The notes under the pieces are model-generated. The model was not told where the DNA came from and ran no database searches. It saw nothing but the letters and a program-made list of their open reading frames with translations. From Thermoproteota archaeon (GTDB taxonomy: Archaea > Korarchaeota > Korarchaeia > Korarchaeales > Korarchaeaceae): 45,705 nt of DNA. Of this stretch, positions 36,466-45,705 are shown in pieces. The position numbers and the translations under genes were made by a program. Within the stretch, counting starts at the first letter, position 1; each line of letters opens with the position of its first letter. The DNA lies in the NCBI GenBank assembly GCA_027492205.1, contig JAOZFN010000002.1, forward strand, positions 1 to 45,705, read 5' to 3'.

Positions 36466-37860
36466 TCATATCAGCAGGAAGAGCCAGAGGGGGATGAAGA
36501 GCACGTCTCCCTCGAGCCTTAGCCCCCTTCCGTGGACCACTATCCTCCTCCCCCGAGCCCGCGACACGGCCCCCCTCTCCTTCCTCCCGACCCCGACCTC
36601 GACGAGCATCCTCCGCCCGCCCATGCCCTCTAGGACGAAGTCGACCTCCCCGTCGGTCGGCAGGTACCCGACTCCTCCGAAGCCCCCCCTCCCCAGGAAG
36701 GCGGCCTTCCTCAGGGAGGCGGCCACGGCCTCCTCAGCCAGCAGCCCCAGGCTGTCCGTCTGAAACCCGGCCTCCCTCCTGATCGCCACCCTGAGGGTCG
36801 GGGTGGCGAAGTACGCCTTGTGGACCCTGACCCTGGCGGCTCGCTCTCCGGCGGAGCGGACCCTGAAGATGAGCTCACACTTCTCGAGCGCGTCCACGAC
36901 TTTCAGTAGAGTCTTCTTGTCCATCCCTATCTCCCCGGCCAGCCTGGCCAGGTTCACGGCAGCCCCCTGAGACAGAGCGAGGGAGTAGACCAGCCTTTTC
37001 GCCTTGACCACCGTCTCCTGGTTGAAGGAGCTGACTCCCCGGAGGTCCACGTCCACCGCCCTCTGGACGGTGTCCACCACCTGCCTCCAGGCCACCAGCC
37101 TGTCGTCCGCCAGGGCCGAGAACGGGAGGCCGCCGACCTCGAGGAATTCCCTCAGGTCCCTGTCTGGCTTGAAGCCCCTGCTGGCAGAGATAACGTCCTC
37201 CTCCACCTTCCTGAGCTTCTCCAGCGCCTCCCCGGGCGGCAGCGAGTAGACGGCCGCCTCCAGGTCCCTGGCCACCCTGACGGGACCCAGGGACCCCCTC
37301 ACGCCGAGGTACTCACCAAAGCTCATGGGGAAGAGTGGCTCAACGACCGCTCTCCTGGCCAGATCCGCGCTCTCCGCCACCCTGAGGTGGAGGGAGGACG
37401 AGCCTACCACGACGAAGGCTATGTCCGGATCCCTATCGTAGAGTACCTTCAGCTCGAGGGGCCACCTGCCGGAGTAGGTTATCTCGTCGACGAGCATGAC
37501 CCGCCTGCCCCTGGAGTGCAGGGAGAAGGCCTCGTAGGCTTCCAGCACGCTGTCGCTACCCGTGTAGGCGAGCATCTGATCGACGGGGAGATGGAGAACC
37601 CTGCCGGGGTCCATCCCCTCCTCCAGCAGGGCCCCGTAGATCTGCCACAGGACCGTGCTCTTCCCGACCCCCCTCAGCCCCGGCACTATGACAAGCCTAG
37701 TCTTTCCGCCGGCGAGGAATCTCCTGAGGATCGACCTGAGTCTGTAGAAGATCCACCTCCTGAACTTACCCCCGACGAGCCTCCTCCACTCTCCGGGGGC
37801 CGAGGCCAGCCTGTTGGCCACGAACCCCTCCACGGTCATCATGGGTGGATTATATTCCAC
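36466..37860 (-). CDS. AAA_14 plus DUF4143 ATP-binding protein
   Basis: GLRGVGKST, LVDEI, VGSSS, LFPMSFGEY, GGLP, EVDFV, IPLWLFL. Confidence 0.85.
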   Translation of the reverse strand: MEYNPPMMTVEGFVANRLASAPGEWRRLVGGKFRRWIFYRLRSILRRFLAGGKTRLVIVPGLRGVGKSTVLWQIYGALLEEGMDPGRVLHLPVDQMLAYTGSDSVLEAYEAFSLHSRGRRVMLVDEITYSGRWPLELKVLYDRDPDIAFVVVGSSSLHLRVAESADLARRAVVEPLFPMSFGEYLGVRGSLGPVRVARDLEAAVYSLPPGEALEKLRKVEEDVISASRGFKPDRDLREFLEVGGLPFSALADDRLVAWRQVVDTVQRAVDVDLRGVSSFNQETVVKAKRLVYSLALSQGAAVNLARLAGEIGMDKKTLLKVVDALEKCELIFRVRSAGERAARVRVHKAYFATPTLRVAIRREAGFQTDSLGLLAEEAVAASLRKAAFLGRGGFGGVGYLPTDGEVDFVLEGMGGRRMLVEVGVGRKERGAVSRARGRRIVVHGRGLRLEGDVLFIPLWLFLLI

Positions 37861-37900
37861 CCATATTATATAAAGATGGGTGGAATCGAATCCACCTATC

Positions 37901-38401
37901 TTAGTGGCCGGCTGCGAGGAGGTAGGCCAGCAGGATGGCCGACCCTCCCGACGCCGCGAGGGCGGCGAAGTGGGCGGCCGCCTCCATGGGCCTCGGAACC
38001 CCAGCCCCGGAGGAAGTGGCGATCGCGCAGAGCAGGGAGGCGACGAGGAACGCGCCGCTCCAGAAGTTCAGGCTGAACACGACCCCCAGGCCGGCGGAGA
38101 CGGTGAGCTCGGCGACCCTCGCGGGGCTGACCCTCCACAGCAGGGCCCCCGCCAAGGCCGCCGACGCGAGGGAGCCGGCTAGTAGCCCCGCGAGCAGAAG
38201 CCTGGCCAGCCTCAGCCTGCGCTCTGGATCGAGCCTCCGCTCCAGCCTGAAGTGGAGATAGGCCACGCCCGTCGGCACCGCGAGGGCCAGGAGGAACGAG
38301 TAGGCGAGGTGGCCGGACTCGACCAGCGCGCTCATCGGAGGTATGAGGGCTGGCCACGCGATCAGGCCGAGCGACGCGTGGAGCAGAGCCTCCCTGTCCA
38401 C
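37901..38401 (-). CDS. Hypothetical membrane protein
   Basis: Mostly hydrophobic helices. Confidence 0.55.
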   Translation of the reverse strand: MDREALLHASLGLIAWPALIPPMSALVESGHLAYSFLLALAVPTGVAYLHFRLERRLDPERRLRLARLLLAGLLAGSLASAALAGALLWRVSPARVAELTVSAGLGVVFSLNFWSGAFLVASLLCAIATSSGAGVPRPMEAAAHFAALAASGGSAILLAYLLAAGH

Positions 38402-38519
38402 GGCGCGGCCAGGGAGCCCCCTTCGAAATTAACGCATCGCTTCAACCTCTGAGGCGGACCGGAGGGGGCGAACCCAGGGCAGGGGTCTGCGCGCCGCCAG
38501 CTGAAAACGAGGAGGGGAG

Positions 38520-38597
38520 TGGTAGCCCCGCCCGGATTCGAACCGGGGTCGCCGGGTCCAGAGCCCGGCGTGCTTGACCTGGCTACACCACGGGGCT
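38520..38597 (-). tRNA. tRNA-Gln(CUG)
   Basis: Reverse complement AGCCCCGTGGTGTAGC...CCGGG-CTCTGGA-CCCGG...GTTCGAATC...CGGGGCTACCA. Confidence 0.95.
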
Positions 38598-38686
38598 CCG
38601 CCGGATGGATCGGGCGGCGGCGATATAACCCTTTCCACCCACCCCGCCCCTCGAGCTATATATCGATCCCTCCGCGCGGCAGGCCC

Positions 38687-39277
38687 GTGGGCCTCAAGCT
38701 CGTCGCGTTCGACCTGGACGGGACCCTGGCAAACCTTCCAATAGACTGGGACGCCCTGCGCGCGAGAGTCAGGGAGTTCATGGGCACGGACCACCCGCTC
38801 AAGCCCCTCGGCCCGAGCATCCCCGTCGCGGCCGGGGGGGACAGAGAGCTGGAGGAGGAAGCCTTCAGGATCGTGGAGGAGGCCGAGCTCGAGGCGGCCA
38901 GGCAGGCGAGGCCGGACCCGGAGCTCAGGAGGGCCCTGGAGGCGCTGAGGTCCAAGGGCGTCAAGATAGCCCTGGTGACGCTGCAGGCCAGGAGGCCCGC
39001 CCTCACCGCCCTGGAGGGCCTCGGTGTCAGGGACCTGTTCGACGTCGTCGTGACCAGGGAGAACGGAATGTCAAGGGACGTCCAGCTGGCTACGGCCATG
39101 CGCGAGGCCGGGGCGGGGCCGGGGGAGACCGCCCTGGTGGGGGACATGCCCTGGGACGCCGAGGCCGGCAGGAGGCTGGGAGTCTTCACGGTGATCGTGG
39201 GCGAGAAGGCCCGGGGGGACAGGAACGCCTCGTCGGCGGCGGAGGCCGCCAGGCTGCTGTTGGAGATGGACCCCTGA
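38687..39277 (+). CDS. HAD-superfamily hydrolase
   Basis: FDLDGTL, ALVT, VGDMPWDAEAG. Confidence 0.88.
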   Translation: MGLKLVAFDLDGTLANLPIDWDALRARVREFMGTDHPLKPLGPSIPVAAGGDRELEEEAFRIVEEAELEAARQARPDPELRRALEALRSKGVKIALVTLQARRPALTALEGLGVRDLFDVVVTRENGMSRDVQLATAMREAGAGPGETALVGDMPWDAEAGRRLGVFTVIVGEKARGDRNASSAAEAARLLLEMDP

Positions 39278-39351
39278 GCCTGCGGAATCGGTTCGCGCCT
39301 CCGCCGCGGGCCACGGAAACCTTAAGGGGTCAGATCGCTCGGAATTGTCTG

Positions 39352-39588
39352 ATGAATCAGACGACTACGACCATTCGGGTCGGGAGGAGGTACGCCCTGT
39401 ACATTCCCAAGAGGGTTGTCGAGGCTCTCGGGATTGAGGAGGGAGACCTCGTCGCCATTGAGGTGAGGGATGGGGAAATCAGGCTCAGGCCGGTGAAGAG
39501 GCCCAAGCCCGGAGAGTACTGGGCGGAGGTCGGTCCGGAGGAGGTCGAGGAGGTTGGCGAGGAGCTCTCGAGGGGGGCGATCGGGTGA
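39352..39588 (+). CDS. AbrB/MazE/SpoVT-type antitoxin
   Basis: RVGRRYALYIPKRVVEALGIEEGD; inverted repeat GTCTGAT-GA-ATCAGAC over the start codon. Confidence 0.88.
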   Translation: MNQTTTTIRVGRRYALYIPKRVVEALGIEEGDLVAIEVRDGEIRLRPVKRPKPGEYWAEVGPEEVEEVGEELSRGAIG

Positions 39589-40027
39589 GCTCCTGCTGGA
39601 CACGACGTACCTCCTCCCCTACCTCGGCATAAGGGTGAGGGGGGTGGAGCCGACTCGCTTGGACATGATCCTCAGGTCCCACCGGCCCCTCTACCCGGCG
39701 GTGATGCTGGCTGAACTCGAGGGCGTGCTTTACAAGGTGGGCAGGGAGAGGGGAATGGACAGACTGCCCAGGGCGGCCCTCGACGGGTTCAACTCCGTGG
39801 TCCACGGGGCGCTGGTGGAGCTGGTCCCCCCAACAGACGAAGATCTGGAGATCGCATATCGCGTGATCTCCGCCGGGTGGAGCGACCTGTTCGACGCGGC
39901 CCTCTACGCGACTGCCGAGAGGCTCGACGCGCCGGCCCTCACCCTCGACGGCCGATTCAAGGAGTTCTTGAGGAGGAGGGGATTCAATCACCGCAGGCTC
40001 GTCAGTCACAGGGAGCTTACGAGGTAA
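39554..40027 (+). CDS. VapC PIN-domain toxin
   Basis: LLDTTYLLP, LAEL, DLFDAALYATA, LTLD. Confidence 0.85.
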   Translation: MARSSRGGRSGELLLDTTYLLPYLGIRVRGVEPTRLDMILRSHRPLYPAVMLAELEGVLYKVGRERGMDRLPRAALDGFNSVVHGALVELVPPTDEDLEIAYRVISAGWSDLFDAALYATAERLDAPALTLDGRFKEFLRRRGFNHRRLVSHRELTR

Positions 40028-40141
40028 GCCCCAGGAGTGGCCTGGTTCCACGAAGCCCCACGCTGAACTCAGTGGGCGACCGGAACCCACTTAGCGGCGA
40101 CGGAGGCCCCGCCCGCGACTTCCTCCGCCCACCACAGCCCC

Positions 40142-40609
40142 TCAGGGGATGACCTCGAGCCCGGGCACCCTCCTGAAGTCAGAGTCGAACGTCGCCATCT
40201 TGAGCCCGAGCCTGAGGCTCACCGACGCGTGCACGGCGTCCGCTGGGAGCAGGCCCGCCCTCCGCACCAGGTCCAGCGCGACCTCCCAGTCGACCGGGAG
40301 AATCTTCACCCACGAGAGCCCGCCCATGCCCCTCAGGTAGCGACTGAACTCCTCGACCGGCTCGAGGCACCTCTCCCTGAACTCTCCGTCCCTGAGAAGC
40401 CTCCTCCTCAGCTCCAGGGGTCCAGCGACCCCGAGCTCCGAGGCCTTGGCCGCCAGGAGCTTGTAGGCCACCTCCTCCGCGACCATCGCGGTGACGCCGG
40501 CCTCCTCCTCTCCCTCCTCCACCGCGCTCAAGATCTCCTCGGCCTCGTCGGCCCGGGGCCCGTCGAGCAGGAGGTGCAGGAAGACCGAGGAGTCAAGGAA
40601 GATCCTCAA
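40142..40609 (-). CDS. VapC PIN-domain toxin
   Basis: IFLDSSVF, VAEEV, LLPADAVHA, ATFDSDFRRV. Confidence 0.9.
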   Translation of the reverse strand: MRIFLDSSVFLHLLLDGPRADEAEEILSAVEEGEEEAGVTAMVAEEVAYKLLAAKASELGVAGPLELRRRLLRDGEFRERCLEPVEEFSRYLRGMGGLSWVKILPVDWEVALDLVRRAGLLPADAVHASVSLRLGLKMATFDSDFRRVPGLEVIP

Positions 40610-40833
40610 CGGGCGCCCTCCCAGTAGAGCTCCTCCAGCTCCTCCATGGAGAGCCTGGGCCTGACTATGCCCCTCATCCTCCTGGTCATCCTCCCCCTCT
40701 CCCTGGCCAGGTACATCCTGAGAGCCCTCCTCACGACCTCGGCCCTGGAGACGCCGAGGCTTCGGGCCACCCTGTCTAGGAGCCTGCCCGTCTCCTCGTC
40801 GAGCCTGACGAGCACCTGCATCTTCGATATCAT
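40606..40833 (-). CDS. CopG/RHH antitoxin
   Basis: VLVRLDEETGRLLDRVARSLGVSRAEVVRRAL; GATATC-like repeats over the promoter. Confidence 0.85.
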   Translation of the reverse strand: MISKMQVLVRLDEETGRLLDRVARSLGVSRAEVVRRALRMYLARERGRMTRRMRGIVRPRLSMEELEELYWEGAR

Positions 40834-40916
40834 TGAAAGATATCTGATATAATAAGTTGATACCACACTGCGGGCCCGGCCCACGCGGACGGCGGTGGCC
40901 TCGGCTCGCCCACGGC

Positions 40917-42002
40917 TCACCCCCCGCCGGCGCACGCCCGGCCCACGGGAACCGACTCGGCTGGCCAGGGCCACAGGATCACGACGATCGGGATCCGGCT
41001 CAGGGGCGGCGCGGCCTTGGGAGGCGGGCACGAACCTGGGCCCTCTGGCACTTCGACGACGCTGGCCACGACCACCGCCTGGAACTCTCGACCGCATACC
41101 CTCGAGGGGTCGTAGAACGCCACCGCAGAGTCCCTCGGCACCCTGACTATTCTGGTGGGGTCCGCCAGGGCAACGGCCGCCATGAGGGTGCCGTACCTGT
41201 CGTCCCCGGCCACCACGAGTAAGTGATTCTCCCTCTCCCCCCACGGGTCCCCCCTGGCGTACTGGATCACCCCGATCCCCCTCACGTGGCCGCACGCCAT
41301 CTGGGGCACGACCTGGACGACATCCTCGAGTTTCAAATATCCCACTCCCCCTCCGGCGCCGCCGGCGCAGTACCCGGAGTCGTAAATCGTGTCTCCGACG
41401 AAGGGGATCCACAGGAGGCCTGAGTCGTTCAGGTAGTCCACGAGACGGTTCGCCCTGGGGCCTCCGACCAGTATCAGCTCCCTGTCCAGCAGGCCCAGCT
41501 CCCGGGCCGCCTGAGTGGGCTCGTAGTTCTCATCGAGTATCTCGACGTCCGACCAGACCAACGGCGCCCTGACGAAGCTGAAGACGTCCTCGCCCTCGTA
41601 GATCAGGTCCACCTCTCCCGGGGGAGTCGCGTCCCCGTTCCGGGGGTCGAGCAGCCTGGTCCCCCTCCACTCGCCCGTGAGGTTCGCGTAAGAGTCCCAG
41701 AGGCGCGCGAGGTAGAGGTGCGACCCGACCTTCGCGCCCAGGAGCACGGCGGCCTTCAGGTCCTCCGGCGCCACCCAGGAGCCTCCGTGGGTGCCCACGA
41801 CTATGGCGACGTCTGGGGAGCCGTCCCAGTCGTAGTCCACCGTCCCAGCCCTGACGAACGGACGAGGGAACTCCCTCAGGCTCGGGTACTCGCCTAGCTC
41901 CCCAGGTGGGGCCTGAAGGTCGAAGGCCTCGGGGGGCCTCCCCGAGGAGACCATCAGAAGCGCCGTCAGGGTCAACAGGAGGAGGGCCCCTCTCCACTCC
42001 AT
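40917..42002 (-). CDS. S-layer-family (S_layer_C-like) exported protein
   Basis: Signal peptide; AIVVG..APEDLKAA, ELILVGGPRANRLV, LLVVAGDDRYGTLMAA. Confidence 0.7.
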   Translation of the reverse strand: MEWRGALLLLTLTALLMVSSGRPPEAFDLQAPPGELGEYPSLREFPRPFVRAGTVDYDWDGSPDVAIVVGTHGGSWVAPEDLKAAVLLGAKVGSHLYLARLWDSYANLTGEWRGTRLLDPRNGDATPPGEVDLIYEGEDVFSFVRAPLVWSDVEILDENYEPTQAARELGLLDRELILVGGPRANRLVDYLNDSGLLWIPFVGDTIYDSGYCAGGAGGGVGYLKLEDVVQVVPQMACGHVRGIGVIQYARGDPWGERENHLLVVAGDDRYGTLMAAVALADPTRIVRVPRDSAVAFYDPSRVCGREFQAVVVASVVEVPEGPGSCPPPKAAPPLSRIPIVVILWPWPAESVPVGRACAGGG

Positions 42003-42210
42003 CCCCCATCCGCCCCACATAGGGGGGTCACGTAATAGGACTCCACTCCTACCGGACCCAAAGATCGTCGGATGTTCGCGCCGCCCACTTCACCCCCCGT
42101 CGCTCGAGGACCTCCGTAAGTCCCCTGCTCTCCACGATGCTCCGGAAGTAGGGCCCGAGCTCAACCTTTCTATGCTCCAGTCCGTGTGAGGGGCCGCACG
42201 GGGGGCGGGC

Positions 42211-42855
42211 GTGGAGAAAGAAAAGATATTAGAAGTTTACACGAGAGTTTTCTTGAATCTTGTTGAAATGTGCCACTCTAAGTCAACTTTTGACACGCCA
42301 GAGTGCAGGGAGCCCGACAACGTCTCCTATTTCAGCGACCTGGCGAGGGTCACGGCCACCACCGTCGTGTCGCTTGGGGCGGCCGGTTGGTCGGTGGAGG
42401 AGAGGGGCCTGCTAGACCTTGTCCGGATCTGGGGCGCAGACCCCGTCTGGTACGTCTGGTCGGGCCCGGTCGCAACGAGGTACGGGCCGTTCTTCTTCTC
42501 CCTGTGGAGACCCCTCTACGACTTCGAGGAAAACGACAGCAAGATCCCGGGAATGGAGAAAGTCATCCCGGATCTTCTGGGAGACCCATCGGCGTGGGAG
42601 GAGTTTGAACTGGAGTATCCGGAGGCTGCTAGATACCTTTCAGGCGCGCTGAGGGTCTTCTCTGCGGCGACCCGCCGATTCGAGACCCTGGTCACGCTGA
42701 AATTCGGGGACTTGGACGTTGAGGCTTCGCTGAATTACGTCGCCATACTCCCGGGGGGATTCGATGAGGAGGACATTTTGGGAGCGATCGACGCCATGGA
42801 GTGGGTGTACGCCAGGCTTCTTGAGATGGGGGTTCCCCCTGTACCGCGTGGATAG
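42211..42855 (+). CDS. Hypothetical protein, paralog of 43022..43657 (putative orphan immunity protein)
   Basis: Shares DPVW, WE.F..EYPEA.RYL..AL, AAT.RF and F.EED.L.A..AMEW with the convergent gene. Confidence 0.7.
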   Translation: MEKEKILEVYTRVFLNLVEMCHSKSTFDTPECREPDNVSYFSDLARVTATTVVSLGAAGWSVEERGLLDLVRIWGADPVWYVWSGPVATRYGPFFFSLWRPLYDFEENDSKIPGMEKVIPDLLGDPSAWEEFELEYPEAARYLSGALRVFSAATRRFETLVTLKFGDLDVEASLNYVAILPGGFDEEDILGAIDAMEWVYARLLEMGVPPVPRG

Positions 42856-43021
42856 AGAGTACTCGATCAGGGACTCAGAGTCGTGGCCGTGACTTGTGGA
42901 GCCTAATTCCCCACCAGACTGAAGATCTAGGGCTTTGATTCCCAGATTTAACTTCTGCCACTTCGTAGGGGAACCCAGCCTCCTCCGAGAGGCCCGCGCC
43001 GGTCGGGGGGAGAGGGGAGGG

Positions 43022-43657
43022 TTACACCATCAGGGGGAAGTCGGTCCGCCTCAGCTGCTCCAGCATCCACTCCATCGCCTCCAGCGACTTCAGGACATCC
43101 TCGTCCCTGAAGTCGTCGATGGGCAGGAGGACCCGATAGGCTAGAGGGGGCCGCCACCCTCTCACCACGAGCACGGGCAGGTTGAACCTGTGGGTCGCGG
43201 CCCAGGCGAGCTTCAGCGCCGTCTCCAGGTGCCTGACCGCCTCAGGGTGCTCGGAGGCGTATTTCTCCCACGAGGCCGCGTCCAGCTCTGCCGGGGAGAC
43301 CTGCTCCAGCCCGGGCACGTCGAACGGCACGTACTCCCTCCCCTCGGCATACAGCCCCCGGCTCAGGACGACGTAGGTGGGGCCCGGCCTCGGAAGCACC
43401 GCTCCGTCTATTCGTACGGTCCACACCGGATCCACATCCGGGAGCGCCACAAGCGCGCCTCCGTACTTCACGAACCACTCCTCAGACCCGTAGACGGCTA
43501 TCACGATGGCCGAGGCCCTCGCGAGCCTTCTAAACTCCGTCCTGAGCCTATCGCTCATTCTCTCTTTGGCAGACCCGTACTCGCTGAGGATGGCGTCAAG
43601 AACCTCTTTCTCGAGCCTCTCGATCCCCTCAATGTTCCTCCTGGGCATTGCCCTCAC
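43022..43657 (-). CDS. Hypothetical protein, putative cognate immunity protein
   Basis: Overlaps the stop codon of the nuclease-tipped gene; paralog of 42211..42855. Confidence 0.7.
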   Translation of the reverse strand: MRAMPRRNIEGIERLEKEVLDAILSEYGSAKERMSDRLRTEFRRLARASAIVIAVYGSEEWFVKYGGALVALPDVDPVWTVRIDGAVLPRPGPTYVVLSRGLYAEGREYVPFDVPGLEQVSPAELDAASWEKYASEHPEAVRHLETALKLAWAATHRFNLPVLVVRGWRPPLAYRVLLPIDDFRDEDVLKSLEAMEWMLEQLRRTDFPLMV

Positions 43658-45705
43658 CTCGGTATCCTCCCGGGCAGGTAGGTCCTGCCCGGCGGACGCG
43701 TCGGTGGACGGGCGCTGGCGGTTCTTCTGAATGGGTTCACGGCCTTCCTTATGAGTATGAGCAGCCTCCCACTCTCGTATTTCACCGCCACGGCGTATCC
43801 GTACGGTACCTCAGGGTGGCTCCTGAAGTACTTGTAGAGCGCGCCGCCTCTAACTTCCCCGTTAGACCTCACATCCCCCCTTATGGCCCTGCGGATCAGC
43901 GTTGAGAAGTCGACAACGGCAGAGGTCTTGACCTCTACGGGGATCCTTATCCCATTCTCTATTACAAAACCATCAACTGGGGAAGTAGGTTTTCCGTGCT
44001 TCTCGAACTCAAACCCCTTCAGCTCAAAGTATTTTTTGGTCACTTTCTCTCCAAGTTTGCCCAGTTCCGCCTGAAAAGTGCCCTCCTCTCCGCCCTTTAG
44101 AGAGTTCACATACTCTGAGATCCCTGCCTGAATCTCGGGACTTTCTAGAATCTCGTCGGGCACGGCTATCGGGCCGCTCAGAGTGAGATCTCCCTCGACC
44201 GTGGAGAGTACGGCTCTCACCCCTCTGCCGAGTGAGATCTCGCCCAGCCCGGTTACGATGGACACTTCGCTGCCCGCGACCCTGACCCTCTCGACCTCGA
44301 CCCACCTCTTGGAGACCCTGACCCTCACATCTCCATCCGCCTCTAGGGCGAACTCGACGCCGTCGACGCTGAACAGGAGCCTCAGCTCACCGGTGTAGGG
44401 GTCCAGCTCCGGCCTCACCCCCTCGGCTAGCGTCAGGGGCCCACCGCCCGCCCCGGCCGCGACCCTGATGGACAGAGTATCGCTGGCGTACTCCAGCGTG
44501 AGGCCCGGCACCGGCTCGGACGGGAAGACCTCACCAAGCCCCGCCCGCTCGATCCTGATCACGTGGTGCTCCGCCGTCACGTCCCTCGGCAGGGTGAGCG
44601 TGAAGTCGTCCCCGGACCTCCTCAGGATCGCGTAGTACTTGCGGCCGTCCACCTCCACCCGGACCAGCTGGTCCGGCGCCAGCTCGTCCCCCAGGGAGGC
44701 CTTCATCCTGACGTACTCCGGGCTCACCTTGAGCTTCCTGTACCCCCTGTCGTCCGTGACCTGCATCAGCCACCCGACGTCCCTCGGCGGCCTCACCTCG
44801 ATCTCCACCAGCTGCTCGCCCAGCTCCGGGTGCAGCTCGGAGAAGTAGGGGAGGGCCACCTCCATCTTCCCGTTGCTCATCGCCTTCGGCACCTTCAGGC
44901 TGAGCTCGAAGGTCCTGCCGTCGGCGGTCCTGAACACGAGGTTCGCGTACTCTTCGGATTTGAGGCCGAGCCTCTTGATCTCGTCGAAGCTCAGCTTGAG
45001 GTAGATCCTCTCGACGATGCGGTCTCCGACCTTCCTCTTCTTCACTAGCAGCCTCACGAAGTTGGCGTCGCCCCTGAGGTACCTGACCGCGTCCTCCTCC
45101 CCGAACAGCTCAGCGACCTCGACGGCCCTCCTCTTGATGGCGCCGGCCTTTCTGCCACCCAGCTCCGCCCTGATCTCCTCCAGGAGGGCCCTGGCCTCCG
45201 GGTTCGACTCAAGCCTGGAGTCCCTCCTGCCCGCCGTCGCGGCCGCCAGGAGGGCCAGCCCTGTGAGGGTGCCGGCGGCCCTGGCCCTCTCCCTCCAGCT
45301 CCTCCCCGGGCCGACGGCCTCCTCGAGCAGCCCCAGGATCTGGCCGGGGAAGGTCTGGGTGTACAGCTCCTCCTTGAGGGCCTCTCCGAGCCCCCGGCCT
45401 TCCTCGGCGCCCGCCCCCGCCAGGGCGTCCCTCACGGCGTCGAGGAAGCCGAACGAGAGGAAGTTAGCGGCCTCCAGGAGTCCGGCTAGCTGGCAGGCCG
45501 CGCCCGCGCGCATCGAGGAGTCGAGGGCCGCGCCGAACTCCACGAGGTCGGCCAGCGGTTCCGGCAGGTTCTCCTCCGCCCAACTCGCAAGCCAGGCGTC
45601 CAGGCCCGACAGGACCTCCGCCACCCTGGCGGTGATCTGATACCACCCCTCGGACCCGACCGCGAAGCCGAGGGCGGTTCCGCCGGGGGCCCCGACTATC
45701 GCCTC
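43654..45705 (-). CDS. Large multidomain protein with a C-terminal PD-(D/E)xK nuclease (polymorphic-toxin-like), 5'-truncated
   Basis: Frame open to the window end; LGKLGEKVTKKYFELKGF...PVDGFV...IPVEVKTS at the C-terminus. Confidence 0.75.
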   Translation of the reverse strand, partial: EAIVGAPGGTALGFAVGSEGWYQITARVAEVLSGLDAWLASWAEENLPEPLADLVEFGAALDSSMRAGAACQLAGLLEAANFLSFGFLDAVRDALAGAGAEEGRGLGEALKEELYTQTFPGQILGLLEEAVGPGRSWRERARAAGTLTGLALLAAATAGRRDSRLESNPEARALLEEIRAELGGRKAGAIKRRAVEVAELFGEEDAVRYLRGDANFVRLLVKKRKVGDRIVERIYLKLSFDEIKRLGLKSEEYANLVFRTADGRTFELSLKVPKAMSNGKMEVALPYFSELHPELGEQLVEIEVRPPRDVGWLMQVTDDRGYRKLKVSPEYVRMKASLGDELAPDQLVRVEVDGRKYYAILRRSGDDFTLTLPRDVTAEHHVIRIERAGLGEVFPSEPVPGLTLEYASDTLSIRVAAGAGGGPLTLAEGVRPELDPYTGELRLLFSVDGVEFALEADGDVRVRVSKRWVEVERVRVAGSEVSIVTGLGEISLGRGVRAVLSTVEGDLTLSGPIAVPDEILESPEIQAGISEYVNSLKGGEEGTFQAELGKLGEKVTKKYFELKGFEFEKHGKPTSPVDGFVIENGIRIPVEVKTSAVVDFSTLIRRAIRGDVRSNGEVRGGALYKYFRSHPEVPYGYAVAVKYESGRLLILIRKAVNPFRRTASARPPTRPPGRTYLPGRIPR

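Overview
High-GC archaeal (probably thermophilic, TACK-like; lineage is inference) chromosome segment. The core contains glycerate kinase, EndoQ, TFE, PiT/DUF47, HIT, aMBF1, a DRG-like GTPase, RpiA, the S13-S4-S11-(inserted gene)-RpoD and L18e-L13-S9 clusters, eIF5A-Pus10-L21e-RpoF-DUF655, PINA and NMN adenylyltransferase. There are seven tRNA genes; tRNA-Met has a canonical 37/38 intron and tRNA-Pro(CGG) has a T-loop (59/60) intron. Accessory content: (i) a visibly AT-rich ~5.6 kb island (about 11.04-16.7 kb) downstream of tRNA-Pro(CGG), encoding a Zn-finger/wHTH protein, a minimal classical AAA+ ATPase, two small proteins, an archaea-specific SMC-related ATPase whose Walker A lies upstream of the called ORF, and a divergent wHTH gene. 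This is the best candidate for an undescribed system. (ii) A 5'-truncated polymorphic-toxin-like gene ending in a PD-(D/E)xK nuclease, followed by two paralogous putative immunity genes. (iii) Four VapBC toxin-antitoxin pairs. (iv) An interrupted secreted Cys/Tyr-rich gene with an in-frame TGA. Several single-base frameshifts at short homopolymers suggest assembly errors. No CRISPR array, rRNA, integrase or transposase was seen.
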